From an uncultured Candidatus Rokubacteria bacterium (lineage in GTDB: Bacteria; Methylomirabilota; Methylomirabilia; Rokubacteriales; DASRDR01), in contig CAWGVS010000012.1 in NCBI GenBank assembly GCA_963826115.1, positions 32,001 to 96,000 of the forward strand: a DNA stretch of 64,000 nt. Direction: 5' to 3'. Position 1 is the first letter of the stretch; every line of letters begins with the position of its first letter. The position numbers and the translations under genes are program-made. Below, one piece after another: positions 35,528 to 45,258 of the stretch. A model generated the notes under the pieces. That model ran no database searches. It had not been told where the DNA came from and was given only the letters and a program-made list of their open reading frames with translations.

Positions 35528-35782
35528 CTACGCGGCGTCGTCGCCGTACGTCGAGCGGGCGCGGGCGTTCGCGGCCTCACGCGCGCGGATGGCGCGGCGG
35601 TCCGCGGGAGAGGAGAACATGCGCGGCACGGCCGCCAGGAAGCCTTCGAGTCCACCTCGATGGGCGGTCGGCTCGCGCCGCTCGGGTGTCCGATCGGCCA
35701 ACTGCCGGACGTTGTCGTCCATCCGCTCGGGTGGACGCTCCGCGGTCAGGGCGTCTCGGGATCGGGTGCGCTCACGCTTCAT
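35528..35782 (-). CDS. Small hypothetical protein (84 aa)
   Basis: AGGAGG RBS before ATG; fills the gap upstream of the sigma gene. Confidence 0.5.
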   Translation of the reverse strand: MKRERTRSRDALTAERPPERMDDNVRQLADRTPERREPTAHRGGLEGFLAAVPRMFSSPADRRAIRAREAANARARSTYGDDAA

Positions 35783-35865
35783 CGATCGTCCCTCCTGGAT
35801 CGTGAGGACCGGACGCACGACCGACCCGATCGGGTCGGTTCGATGGCAGAGCGTATCGATCGGAG

Positions 35866-35893
35866 ATGAGAGGAGCGTGAAAGCGGGATGAGA
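35866..35893 (-). promoter_or_regulatory. Three 11-bp-phased hexamers, OmpR-family-like binding site
   Basis: TCTCAT-N5-TTTCAC-N5-TCTCAT on minus strand. Confidence 0.5.
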
Positions 35894-35957
35894 AACTTCT
35901 CAGGAACGAGGCCGGCGAGGCGCGCCGGCCCGGGGCGGGCGAACGCCGCCTAGCCGG

Positions 35958-36551
35958 TCAGAACTTGATCGCCGGCGGGGCCTCGCTACCGGGCGTCGCC
36001 TCGAAGTACGGCCGCTCGCGGAAGCCGCGGAGCGAGGCCACCACGCTCCCCGGGAAGCGGCGGACGACGGTGTTGTAGTCGCGGACCGCCTCGTTGAAGC
36101 GGCGGCGCTCCACGGCGATACGGTTCTCCGTGCCCTCGAGCTGGTTCTGGAGCGCCAGGAAGTTCTGGTTCGACTTGAGGTCGGGATAGCGCTCGACCAC
36201 GGCCAGCAGCCGGCCGAGCGCGCCGCCCAGCTGGGCCTGGGCCTCCTGGAACTTCCGGAGCGCCTCGGGGTCGCGGATGAGCTCGGGCGTGACCTGCATC
36301 CCCGCCACGCTCGCGCGGGCCCGGGTGACCTCCTCCAGGACGGCGCGCTCCTGGGCCGCGAAACCCTTGACGGTCTCCACCAGGTTCGGGACCAGGTCGG
36401 CGCGGCGCTGGTAGACGTTCTCCACCTGCGCCCAGGCCCCGCGCATCGCCTGCTCGCGCGCGACGAGGTCGTTGCCGATCGATACGAACGCACCGAGGGC
36501 GACGATGATCAGGATCGCGACGACGCCGAGCAGGACGAGGCCGGATTTCAC
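35958..36551 (-). CDS. lemA: LemA family protein
   Basis: QRRADLVPNLVETVKG, ERYPDLKSNQNF, TENRIAVER. Confidence 0.95.
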   Translation of the reverse strand: MKSGLVLLGVVAILIIVALGAFVSIGNDLVAREQAMRGAWAQVENVYQRRADLVPNLVETVKGFAAQERAVLEEVTRARASVAGMQVTPELIRDPEALRKFQEAQAQLGGALGRLLAVVERYPDLKSNQNFLALQNQLEGTENRIAVERRRFNEAVRDYNTVVRRFPGSVVASLRGFRERPYFEATPGSEAPPAIKF

Positions 36552-36573
36552 GCGCGGGAGTATAGCACCGGGC

Positions 36574-37752
36574 CTAGCGGCGGCCCGCGCCGAGCAGCAC
36601 GGCACCCGCGACGAGCGCGAAGCCGGCGCTACCCACGGCGACGCGGTCCCCGGCGATGCCGGCCACCGCGCCGAGCGCGAGCGGGCCGATGATCATGCCC
36701 GTGTCCATGGCGATCCGGTACACGGCGAAGTAGCCCGGCGGCATCGGGGTGCCGACACGGTCGGCCAGCACGATCGCCGGCACCATCCACACCGCGAACC
36801 CGCCACCCACCAGGACGAGTCCCAGGACGAAGACGGCGGGATGTGAGCCCACCGCGAGGACCAGCCCGCCCGCCGCCACCGCGCCGGCACCGAGGAAGAA
36901 GACGGGCTCGCGGCGGATGCGGTCGATGACGAGCCCGACCCCGAGGAGCCCGGCGAGCTCCGCGGCGTACCCGGCGCTCAGCGCGAGGCCGATCGGACCC
37001 GCGGCGAGCCCGTACTGCGCGTGGCCGAGGAGGGGCGCCATGGTCGCGAAGAGTCCCGACCAGGTGAGCGAGAGGCTCAGGCTCGCGACGTACACGGGGA
37101 GAAGCCGCCCGTGCGCGAGCCGGTCGCGCGCCCGACCCGGCGTCGCGGCGTCCGCCGCGCGCCGGCCCGCCTCGGGGCCGAGGGCGCGGCCGGCGAACAC
37201 GCAGAGCAGGAGCACCGGCCCCGCGCCCACGAACACGACGCGCCAGCCCAGGTGGCCCGCGACCCAGGCGCCGAGCGTGCTGCCGATCGCGAGACTCAGG
37301 ATCGCCATGCCCTCGAAGAGATTCGTGAGGCGGCCGCGCCAGGCCGGGGGCGCGGCCTCCAGCAGCTCGGCGAAGATCGCGAGGAACGCGGCCGACGCGC
37401 CGATCCCCATGACGAGCCGGGCCGCCAGGAACGCCGGGAAGCCCGGGGCGACCCCGCAGGCCACGACACCCACGACCAGGAGCGCGAGCCCGAGGAGGAC
37501 GACGGTGCGCGTGCCGCGGCGGGCGCGCAGCGCGCTCGCCGGGTAGCTCGCCCCGAGCCGGCCGAGCGCGTAGAGCGTGTTGACGAGGCCGGCCTGGATC
37601 GGCGACAGCCGCCACTCGTCGGCCATGAGCGGCAGGAGCGGCGGCACCATCCCGACGGTGAACGCGGTCAGGATGTCGACCGCGAACAGCGGCAGGAGCG
37701 GCCGCAGGAGGGAGCGGAAGGGCGCGGCGGCCGCGCCGAGCGGCGCTGCCAT
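36574..37752 (-). CDS. MFS transporter
   Basis: About 12 hydrophobic segments, ARLVMGIG, GWRVVF. Confidence 0.88.
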   Translation of the reverse strand: MAAPLGAAAAPFRSLLRPLLPLFAVDILTAFTVGMVPPLLPLMADEWRLSPIQAGLVNTLYALGRLGASYPASALRARRGTRTVVLLGLALLVVGVVACGVAPGFPAFLAARLVMGIGASAAFLAIFAELLEAAPPAWRGRLTNLFEGMAILSLAIGSTLGAWVAGHLGWRVVFVGAGPVLLLCVFAGRALGPEAGRRAADAATPGRARDRLAHGRLLPVYVASLSLSLTWSGLFATMAPLLGHAQYGLAAGPIGLALSAGYAAELAGLLGVGLVIDRIRREPVFFLGAGAVAAGGLVLAVGSHPAVFVLGLVLVGGGFAVWMVPAIVLADRVGTPMPPGYFAVYRIAMDTGMIIGPLALGAVAGIAGDRVAVGSAGFALVAGAVLLGAGRR

Positions 37753-37848
37753 CAGGCCCGGGCGTCCAGGATCGGGATGCCGCGGCTCAGGACGGCCGGG
37801 CGCCCGGCATCGCCCGCCCGCCGGGCTCGGGGGCGACCGGGACGCGGC

Positions 37849-38352
37849 TCAGCGCCGCCGCCCGCCGGCGCGCCGGGCCTTGCCCTTCGCGGCGCCTCGG
37901 CGTCCCGACGTCCGGGCCGCGCGCCGTGAGGGCGCCGCCGACCTGCCCGGTCGCACCGCGATCGCTTCCACCTCGAGCAGCAGCTCCGGGCGCGCCAGCT
38001 CGACGACGACCATGCCGGTGTTCGCCGGATACACGCCGTCGGGGAAGAGCTGCGGGTACTCCGCCCGGCGCCATTCGGCGAACGGCGCCCAGTCCTGGCT
38101 CCGCACCAGGAACGTCGTGAACTTGACGACGTCGCGGAGACTGCAGCCCGCCTCGGCCAGGACCGCGGCGAGGTTCCGGTACACCTGGGTCGCCTGCACC
38201 TTGACGTCGCCCGCCCCGACCACGCGGCCCTCGGCGTCCATCGCCACCTGCCCGGCGACGAACACGAGGCGCGCCGGGTCCACCACGAACCCGGCCGAGT
38301 ACATGCCGATGGGCTTGCCGTCCGCCGTCGGCGCCAGCACCGTGCGTCCCAT
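37849..38352 (-). CDS. Rid (YjgF/UK114) family protein
   Basis: VFVAGQVA, DVVKFTTFL, LLEVEAIA. Confidence 0.88.
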   Translation of the reverse strand: MGRTVLAPTADGKPIGMYSAGFVVDPARLVFVAGQVAMDAEGRVVGAGDVKVQATQVYRNLAAVLAEAGCSLRDVVKFTTFLVRSQDWAPFAEWRRAEYPQLFPDGVYPANTGMVVVELARPELLLEVEAIAVRPGRSAAPSRRAARTSGRRGAAKGKARRAGGRRR

Positions 38353-38374
38353 GGATCCCTCCTCGACCCCGCGC

Positions 38375-38839
38375 TCAGCCCCGCCGGCGCCGCGGACGCC
38401 GGGGCGCCGGGCGTGCGCCTCCCCGCCGGCGGGCCACCGCCGCAGGGATGGCCGCGATCGCCCGGATCTCCACCATGAGCTCCGGGCGCGCGAGGGCCTT
38501 CACCACGATGAACGATTGGGCCGGCAGCGGGTCGCCGAAGTACTCCTGCGCCACACGGCCGGCCGGCTCCATCAGCTCCGCGCTCGTCGCGTACACGGTC
38601 ATCTCCACCACGTCCCGGAGGTCGCCGCCCGCCTGGCGGAGGAGCGTCCGCACGTTCTCGATCGCCTGGCGGGTCTGGGCCGCGGGATCCCCGGCGCCGA
38701 CGAGCCGGCGGTCGGGCCCGTGGCGGTCGAACGCGACCTGGCCGGCCAGGAAGACGAGCCGCGCGCGCCCCTCGACCACGACGCCGTGGGAGAAGGGCCA
38801 GGGATGCGGCGCCTGCTTCGTGAGCACCGTGCGCTTCAT
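38375..38839 (-). CDS. Rid (YjgF/UK114) family protein
   Basis: VFLAGQVA, AAQTRQAIEN, MVEIRAIA. Confidence 0.88.
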   Translation of the reverse strand: MKRTVLTKQAPHPWPFSHGVVVEGRARLVFLAGQVAFDRHGPDRRLVGAGDPAAQTRQAIENVRTLLRQAGGDLRDVVEMTVYATSAELMEPAGRVAQEYFGDPLPAQSFIVVKALARPELMVEIRAIAAIPAAVARRRGGARPAPRRPRRRRG

Positions 38840-38849
38840 CGACCGTTCG

Positions 38850-39629
38850 CTACACGTCCCAGCCGCCGTCGACCGTGAGGCACTGCCCGGTCATGTTACG
38901 CGACTCGTCGGTGGAGAGGAACAACACCGCGTTCGCGACGTCCTCGGCCGTCGTGACGCGGCGCAGCGCCATCTCCTGCACGTACTCCTCGTAGACCTGC
39001 TCCGGCGTCCACCCGCGCTTCCGCGCCTTCTCGCGGCAGAGCCGGTCCATGCGCTCGCCCCCCACGATCCCCGGCGCGACGCAGTTGACGTTGATGCCGT
39101 GGGGCCCGACCTCGAGCGCGACGGTCCGCGTGAACCCGCGCACCGCCCACTTCGACGACGAGTAGGCCGCGCGGAGCTTGTAACCGCGAAGGCCGGACGT
39201 CCCCGCGATGTTGACGATCTTCCCCCGCCGCTGGCGCAGCATCACCGGCACGACGTGCTTGGTCGGGAGGAAGGTGCCGCGGAGGTTGATCGCGAGAAGG
39301 TCGTCCCAGTCCTCGACCCGGAGCTCCTGCACCGGCGTCTCGATGGGGCCCGTCCCCCCTGCGCAGTTCACCAGGACGTCGATGCGGGCGAAGGTCTTGA
39401 CGGCGCTCTCGACCATCGCCCGGACCTGCTCCTCGTCGCGGACGTCGGCGCGGACGACGAGGGTCCGCCGGCCGAGGGCCCGGGCCTCGGCGGCCACCGC
39501 CTCGAGCGGCGGCTCCTCGCGGGCGGCGAGGACGAGGTCCGCCCCCTCGCCCGCGAGGCGGAGCGAGATCGCCCGGCCCATGCCCTTCGCCGCGCCCGTC
39601 ACGAGCGCCGTCTGCCCGGCCATTCTCAT
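38850..39629 (-). CDS. SDR-family oxidoreductase
   Basis: TGAAKGMG, YSSSK, NCVAPG, VDGG. Confidence 0.92.
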   Translation of the reverse strand: MRMAGQTALVTGAAKGMGRAISLRLAGEGADLVLAAREEPPLEAVAAEARALGRRTLVVRADVRDEEQVRAMVESAVKTFARIDVLVNCAGGTGPIETPVQELRVEDWDDLLAINLRGTFLPTKHVVPVMLRQRRGKIVNIAGTSGLRGYKLRAAYSSSKWAVRGFTRTVALEVGPHGINVNCVAPGIVGGERMDRLCREKARKRGWTPEQVYEEYVQEMALRRVTTAEDVANAVLFLSTDESRNMTGQCLTVDGGWDV

Positions 39630-41299
39630 CCCGGTCTCCCCTCGGACGGGGCCCCGTTGCCGGCGCGCCCGGGCGCGGCGACCACGATCCCCTCCAGCCG
39701 GTCGGCGGCCTCGCACTCCGCGGCGCGGGCGGCGGGGTCGCCGTAGCCGCCGCCCCCGCAGGTGTCGATCACCACGACGTCGCCCGCCCGGAGACGCACG
39801 GTCTCCTTCCCCTTGATGTCCTTTGCGGTCCCGTCGCGCTCGAGCGTGATGCGGTAGGGGGCGCCGGGCGCGCCGCCGAACGCGCCCCACGGCGGGATGA
39901 CCCGCCGCTCGAGCATCGTCGTGAGCGTCGCGTCGGTGAGCACCCGGTAGGCGCGCGTGAAGCCGCAGCCGCCGCGGTGGGCGCCGGCGCCCCCGCTCCC
40001 GGGGCGGAGCGCCTGGCGCAGGATCTCGATCGGGTACTCGGTCTCGATCACCTCGATCGGCGTGTTCATGACGTTGGACATGTGGACGCGCATCGCGTGG
40101 CCGCCGTCCCGCCGGGCCCCCGCGCCCTCCCCGCCCCCGTGCACCTCGTAGAGGATGCGCCACCGCCCGCCCTGGCGGGCGCCGAAGAGGAGCAACCCCG
40201 ACGTGGTCGGGCCGCCGGCGGTGATGCGCTCGGGGATCGCCGACGCCAGCGCCTTGAAGCACGCGTCCACCGCGCGCTGCGACGTCTCGTGGTTGCCGCC
40301 GACGACGGGCGCGTCGAGCGGCGGGTTGAGGATCGTGCCCTCGGGCACGTGCACGGTGATCGGCCCGTAGCAGCCGTCGTTCGCCGGCACGTCGGGGGCG
40401 ACCAGCGCCTTCAGGCTGTAGTAGACCGCCGAGGCGGCGATGAACCGGGTCGCGTTGATGGGGCCGGCCACCGCCGCGCCGGTCCCCGCGAAGTCGAACC
40501 CCGCGCGCTCGCCCCGCACCGTGACGGTCACCCGAACCGGCACCGGGCGGTCCTCGTGGCCGTCGTCGTCGACCCAGTCCTCGCCGTGGTAGACGCCGTC
40601 GGGGATGGCGCGGATCGCGCGCCGCATGGCGGCATCCGACTCCGCACGGAAGCGGTCGAAGCAGCCGAGGGCCGTCGGGGCGCCGTAGCGGTCGAAGAGC
40701 TCGCCGAGGCGGCGGGCCCCGACCTCGACCGCGGAGTACATGGCGCGGCAGTCGCCCTCGCGCTCCTCGCGGCCGCGGAGGTTCGACATGATGAGGTCGA
40801 AGGCGCGCGTGGGCCCCTTCCGGTCGAACACCTTGATCGGCGCGATCCGGAGCCCCTCCTGGACGGCCTCGTCGGCCCACGGCACGTACGAGCCCGGGAC
40901 GGCGCCGCCGATGTCCGCCCAGTGCGCGAGGTTGATGGCGAACGCCGCGAGCCGCCCGCCGGCGAACACCGGCCGGATCGCCTTCACGTCGGGCAGGTGG
41001 TTGCCGCCGACCTCCGGGAGGTTCAGGTACCACACGTCCCCGTCGCGGAGCTCGCGGCGCGGCACGCGCCGGAGGAACTCCTTCACGGTGAACGCCATCA
41101 CGCCCAGGTGGATCGGGATGTCCCGCCCCTGCGCGATGAGCCGCCCGCGGGCGTCGGTGAGCGCGCTCGAGAGATCGCCCGCCTCCTTGAGCAGCGGCGA
41201 GCGCGCCGAGCGCATGATGATGAGGCTCATCTCCTCCGCGATCGCGTAGATCGCGTGGCGGACGACCTCGAGCGTCACCGGACTGAGCGGCGGGCTCAC
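39626..41299 (-). CDS. Hydantoinase B/oxoprolinase family protein
   Basis: GNHLPD, HWADIGG..PGS, NTPIEVIE, GGGGYGDP. Confidence 0.92.
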   Translation of the reverse strand: MSPPLSPVTLEVVRHAIYAIAEEMSLIIMRSARSPLLKEAGDLSSALTDARGRLIAQGRDIPIHLGVMAFTVKEFLRRVPRRELRDGDVWYLNLPEVGGNHLPDVKAIRPVFAGGRLAAFAINLAHWADIGGAVPGSYVPWADEAVQEGLRIAPIKVFDRKGPTRAFDLIMSNLRGREEREGDCRAMYSAVEVGARRLGELFDRYGAPTALGCFDRFRAESDAAMRRAIRAIPDGVYHGEDWVDDDGHEDRPVPVRVTVTVRGERAGFDFAGTGAAVAGPINATRFIAASAVYYSLKALVAPDVPANDGCYGPITVHVPEGTILNPPLDAPVVGGNHETSQRAVDACFKALASAIPERITAGGPTTSGLLLFGARQGGRWRILYEVHGGGEGAGARRDGGHAMRVHMSNVMNTPIEVIETEYPIEILRQALRPGSGGAGAHRGGCGFTRAYRVLTDATLTTMLERRVIPPWGAFGGAPGAPYRITLERDGTAKDIKGKETVRLRAGDVVVIDTCGGGGYGDPAARAAECEAADRLEGIVVAAPGRAGNGAPSEGRPG

Positions 41300-43317
41300 A
41301 GCCGCACCCCCATCGACCGGAGGTCGGGCACCGCGCCCATCCACAGGTTCCCGGCCCGGTCGAGGACGCTGGTGTGCCCCGGGTACACGAGGGTCGTGGC
41401 CCAGGGATCCTCGATGAGCGCGGGACCCTTGAGCGGGTGCTCGGGCGGGACGTCCTCCCGCCGGTACACGGGGAGCGCGGTGCGCCCGGTCTCCGGGAGG
41501 TACGCCTCGTGCTCCGAGAACGGCTGGGCGCGCCCGGTGGTCGGCCACTCCGGGAGGCGCGCGCCCGCCGCCTCGACGGCCGCGCGCACGCGCAGGTTCA
41601 CGCACTCCACGGCGTCGTCGGTCGCGTACGCGTAGAGCCGCCGGTGGAGCGCGTGGAAGCCCGCGCGGAGCGCGTCGAGGTCGCCGGCCCACGTGACCTC
41701 GAGCTCGTAGTTCTGCCCCACGTAGCGGACGTCGACGCTCCGCCGCACCTCGACGGTCTCCAGGGGATGGCCCTCGGCGAGGAGCGGCCCGCGGACCGCG
41801 TCCACGAGGAGCGCGAAGCGAGTGTCGAGCTCGGTCGCCTCGAGCCCCGCGAGCGGCCGGCGGAAGGTCTGCACGTGGTCGTATGCGACCTCGGCGACGA
41901 CGCAGCCCAGCGCCGAGAACACGCCGGCGTGCGCGGGGACGACGACGCCGGGCATGCCGAGCTCCTGCGCAAGCCGCCCCGCGTGGAGCGGGCCCGCGCC
42001 GCCGTACGCGATCAGCGCGAAAGTCCGGAGGTCGTGGCCCCGCTGCACGGAGATCAGGCGGATCGCGCGGCGCATCGCGGCGTTGGCGACCTCGAGGACG
42101 CCGGCGGCCGCCTCGGCGAGACCGAGGCCGAGGGCGCGCGCGACCGGCTCGATCGCTGCCCGGGCCCGCCCCGCGTCCACGCGGATCGTCTCGCCCAGGA
42201 CCGCATCGCCCCGGAGGGTACCGGCCGCCGCGTGGGCGTCGGTGACGGTGGGCGCCGTCCCGCCCTGCCCGTAGCAGGCCGGCCCCGGGCGCGCGCCCGC
42301 GCTCTCCGGCCCCACCCGGAGCCCCGCGCCGTCGGCCCGGGCCAGCGAGCCGCCGCCGGCGCCGATCGACTCGACGCCGACGGAGGGCAGCCGCACGGGG
42401 TGGCCGCCCAGCCGTCGCTGCGGCAGGGACTCGGCCCGCCCGTCGGCGATCAGGCACACGTCCGTGGTCGTGCCGCCCATATCGAAGGCGATGGCGTTGC
42501 GGAGCCCGACCGCGCGCGCGAGGAAGCGCGACGCCGCCACGCCGCCCGCGGGGCCCGACACGGCCATGGCGAGCGGCCGGCGCCGGGCGACCGCCGCCGA
42601 CATCATGCCGCCGTTCGACTGGAGGAGGTGGAGCGTCGCGCCGATGCCCGCCCGCGCGAGCGACGCCTCCAGGTCGGCGAGGTAGCGGTCGGCGACCGGC
42701 ATGACCGCGGCGTTCAGCGCCGTCGTCGACGTGCGCTCGTACTCCCGGAACTCCGCGTTGATCTCGTGGGACACCGACACGAACGGCACGTGCCCCTCGA
42801 GCGCGGCGCGGAGGCGCGCCTCGTGGGCCGGATGCGCGTAGGCGTGGAGGAGACAGACGGCCACGGCCTCTACGCCGCTGGCGCGGAGCGCCGCCGCCAG
42901 GGCCGGCAGCTCGTCCTCGGCCAGGGGGACGGCGATGCGGCCGTCGCCCAGGACGCGCTCGGTCACCTCGAGGCGAAGATGGCGGGGCACGAGCGGCGCG
43001 GGGCGGGGCGGGACGTCCAGGCGGTAGAGCTCCTGGCGACTCTGCCGCGCGATCTCCAGCACGTCCCGGAAGCCGCGCGTCGTGACGAGCGCGGTGCGCG
43101 CGTGCCGCCCCTCGACGATGGCGTTGGTCACGATCGTCGTGCCGTGGGCGATGGAGCCGGCACCCGGCGCCAGCGCCCCGAGCCCGGCCAGGACGCCGCG
43201 CGCCGGGGCCTCGGGGGTCGTGAGCACCTTGAGCGAGCGAACGGCGCCGGATGCGGTGTCGACGGCGACGAGGTCGGTGAACGTGCCGCCGACGTCGATC
43301 CCGACGCGGACGCTCAC
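41296..43317 (-). CDS. Hydantoinase A/oxoprolinase family protein
   Basis: GIDVGGTFTD, HGTT, SGPAGG, DMGGTTTD, GAGGGS, PGPACY. Confidence 0.92.
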   Translation of the reverse strand: MSVRVGIDVGGTFTDLVAVDTASGAVRSLKVLTTPEAPARGVLAGLGALAPGAGSIAHGTTIVTNAIVEGRHARTALVTTRGFRDVLEIARQSRQELYRLDVPPRPAPLVPRHLRLEVTERVLGDGRIAVPLAEDELPALAAALRASGVEAVAVCLLHAYAHPAHEARLRAALEGHVPFVSVSHEINAEFREYERTSTTALNAAVMPVADRYLADLEASLARAGIGATLHLLQSNGGMMSAAVARRRPLAMAVSGPAGGVAASRFLARAVGLRNAIAFDMGGTTTDVCLIADGRAESLPQRRLGGHPVRLPSVGVESIGAGGGSLARADGAGLRVGPESAGARPGPACYGQGGTAPTVTDAHAAAGTLRGDAVLGETIRVDAGRARAAIEPVARALGLGLAEAAAGVLEVANAAMRRAIRLISVQRGHDLRTFALIAYGGAGPLHAGRLAQELGMPGVVVPAHAGVFSALGCVVAEVAYDHVQTFRRPLAGLEATELDTRFALLVDAVRGPLLAEGHPLETVEVRRSVDVRYVGQNYELEVTWAGDLDALRAGFHALHRRLYAYATDDAVECVNLRVRAAVEAAGARLPEWPTTGRAQPFSEHEAYLPETGRTALPVYRREDVPPEHPLKGPALIEDPWATTLVYPGHTSVLDRAGNLWMGAVPDLRSMGVRL

Positions 43318-43425
43318 CGCATCACTCGCGCGCGGTCGGCAGGGAACGGAGCACGGGGCGGGTCCGCATCGCGCCTCCTCGGACGCGCTCGCGGCACGCG
43401 CGGAGCGACGACCGAATTCGTGCGA

Positions 43426-43454
43426 ATCATAGGAGGGCGCCTGGGACGTGTCAA
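43426..43454 (-). promoter_or_regulatory. sigma70 promoter of hydantoinase operon
   Basis: TTGACA-N17-TATGAT. Confidence 0.7.
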
Positions 43455-43484
43455 CGGCCACGGCCTCGAGAGCGGAGGACTCCG

Positions 43485-43805
43485 ATGCCCGAGTTCATCT
43501 ACCGGATCCAGCCGACGCGTCTCGCGATGCTGATGGGCGCGCCCACCCCGGAGGAACAGGCCGTCGTCGCCGCGCACCGCGCCTACCTCGACCGGCAGGC
43601 GGCGGCGGGCGTCGTCCTCCTCTTCGGGCGCACCGCGACCGCGGACGCCGCCACGTTCGGGATCGTGATCCTGCGCGCGGACTCCGCGGACGCGGCGCGC
43701 CAGGTCATGGCCGACGACCCGGCGGTGCGGGACGGCGTCATGCGCGGCGAGCTGTTCCCGTTCCGCCTGATCGGCGTCGGGCCCGGGCTCGCCGCGGGCC
43801 CGTGA
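43485..43805 (+). CDS. YciI-family protein
   Basis: HRAYL, FGRT, DDPAVRDG; GGAGG RBS. Confidence 0.82.
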   Translation: MPEFIYRIQPTRLAMLMGAPTPEEQAVVAAHRAYLDRQAAAGVVLLFGRTATADAATFGIVILRADSADAARQVMADDPAVRDGVMRGELFPFRLIGVGPGLAAGP

Positions 43806-44709
43806 CCCGCGGCCGACGGCCGCCGGGTCGGCGACGCGCCGCGCGGGGCTCCGTCCCGTCGAGGGCGTCGCCGCCGACCTCCATCGACAACCCCTCGGTG
43901 CCGGCCACGATCTCGAACGGGAACGCGGCGCCCGCGCGGGCCTCCTCGAGGAGGCGGGTCAGCGTGGCGTCGTCGTGCTCGGGGTCGTGGTGGAAGGTGA
44001 CCAGGCATCGCACGCCCGCGGCGGTGGCGAGCGCCAGCATGTGCGTCAGCGCGCTGTGCCCCCACCCGATGTGCTCGGCGTACTCCGCCGCGCTGTACTG
44101 GGCGTCGTGGACCAGCACGTCGACGCCCGCGGCCAGCGCGAACCCCGAGATCCAGTCGGGGGCGGCCGGCAGCCGCCCGAGCCCGAGCGCCGGCTCGTGG
44201 TCGGGGACGTACGCGAGCGTGGCGCCGTCGGCGGTGATCCGGTACCCGACCGTGGGGCCGGGGTGACAGACGAGCGCGGCACTGACCTGGAACGGGCCGA
44301 TCTCGAACGCCTCGAGAGGCACGTCGTGCAGGGTGAGGCGGCACGGGAGCTCGCGGAGGCGCAACGGGAACAGGGGCGGCGACAGGTAGCGCGTGAGCCG
44401 CTCCCGGAGGGCCTGCGTGGTCGACGGCGGGCCCCAGAGGTGGACCTCGCGGTCCGGCTCGAAGAAGGGGGCGAAGAACCCGAGCCCCTGAATGTGGTCC
44501 ATGTGGAGGTGGGTCAGGAGGACGTCCACGCGGCGCGTCTCGGCGCGGAGCGCCACGCCCAGGCGCCGCGCGCCCGTCCCCGCGTCGAGGACGAGCACGC
44601 TGCCGTCGGCGGCCCGCACCTCGGCGCAGGATGTGTTGCCGCCGTACTGGACCGTCTCGGGCCCGGCCGCCGCGACGGACCCGCGCGTGCCCCAGAGGGT
44701 GAGCCTCAC
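43738..44709 (-). CDS. MBL-fold metallo-hydrolase
   Basis: WGTRGS, YGGNTSC, THLHMDHIQG, HPG, DAQY, WGHS, FHHDP. Confidence 0.9.
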   Translation of the reverse strand: MRLTLWGTRGSVAAAGPETVQYGGNTSCAEVRAADGSVLVLDAGTGARRLGVALRAETRRVDVLLTHLHMDHIQGLGFFAPFFEPDREVHLWGPPSTTQALRERLTRYLSPPLFPLRLRELPCRLTLHDVPLEAFEIGPFQVSAALVCHPGPTVGYRITADGATLAYVPDHEPALGLGRLPAAPDWISGFALAAGVDVLVHDAQYSAAEYAEHIGWGHSALTHMLALATAAGVRCLVTFHHDPEHDDATLTRLLEEARAGAAFPFEIVAGTEGLSMEVGGDALDGTEPRAARRRPGGRRPRVTGPRRARARRRSGGTGTARRA

Positions 44710-45101
44710 GTCGGCCGCTCCTCCCAGAAGATGGCCACGGCGCCCAGGCGGCGGCCCCCCTGCCCTTCGAGCGGGAGCGCGGTGACGGCGATGCGCCGCG
44801 CCACGCCGTCGAGGCCCCGGATGACGAGGGTCCGGTGGGCCGGGTGCCACTTGAGGAGCGCGGCGGCGAGCGGGACTTCCTCCGCTCGCACCGGGCTCCC
44901 GTCGGGCGTCGTCGGCGTGAAGACCGTCGACCACTCGGCGACCGGCATCTCCCCGGTCTCGTCGTACCGTCGCCCGAGGAGGCGCTCCGCCGGCTCGTTG
45001 TAGTAGAGGAGGTTCCCCTCCGGGTCGACGAGGAAGATCGGCACCGCGAGGTAGCTCGCAAGCTGCCGCATGAGGATGAGCTCGACGGCCTTCTGTGCCA
45101 T
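44706..45101 (-). CDS. Stand-alone PAS-domain protein
   Basis: IFLVDPEGNLLYYNEPAERLLG; terminal GAVAIF strand. Confidence 0.8.
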   Translation of the reverse strand: MAQKAVELILMRQLASYLAVPIFLVDPEGNLLYYNEPAERLLGRRYDETGEMPVAEWSTVFTPTTPDGSPVRAEEVPLAAALLKWHPAHRTLVIRGLDGVARRIAVTALPLEGQGGRRLGAVAIFWEERPT

Positions 45102-45258
45102 CGCTCGACTCCTCCCGCCCGACGCGCCTCGGGGCCGCGCCGGGGCATCCGCTCAGTCGAGACCGGGCAGCCGGTCGAAGATGGACGGCGACGAGCGCGT
45201 GTGGAGGTCGATCGCCCCGCGGAAGAGCTCGTGACAGCGGGCCATCACGCCTGGCCCC

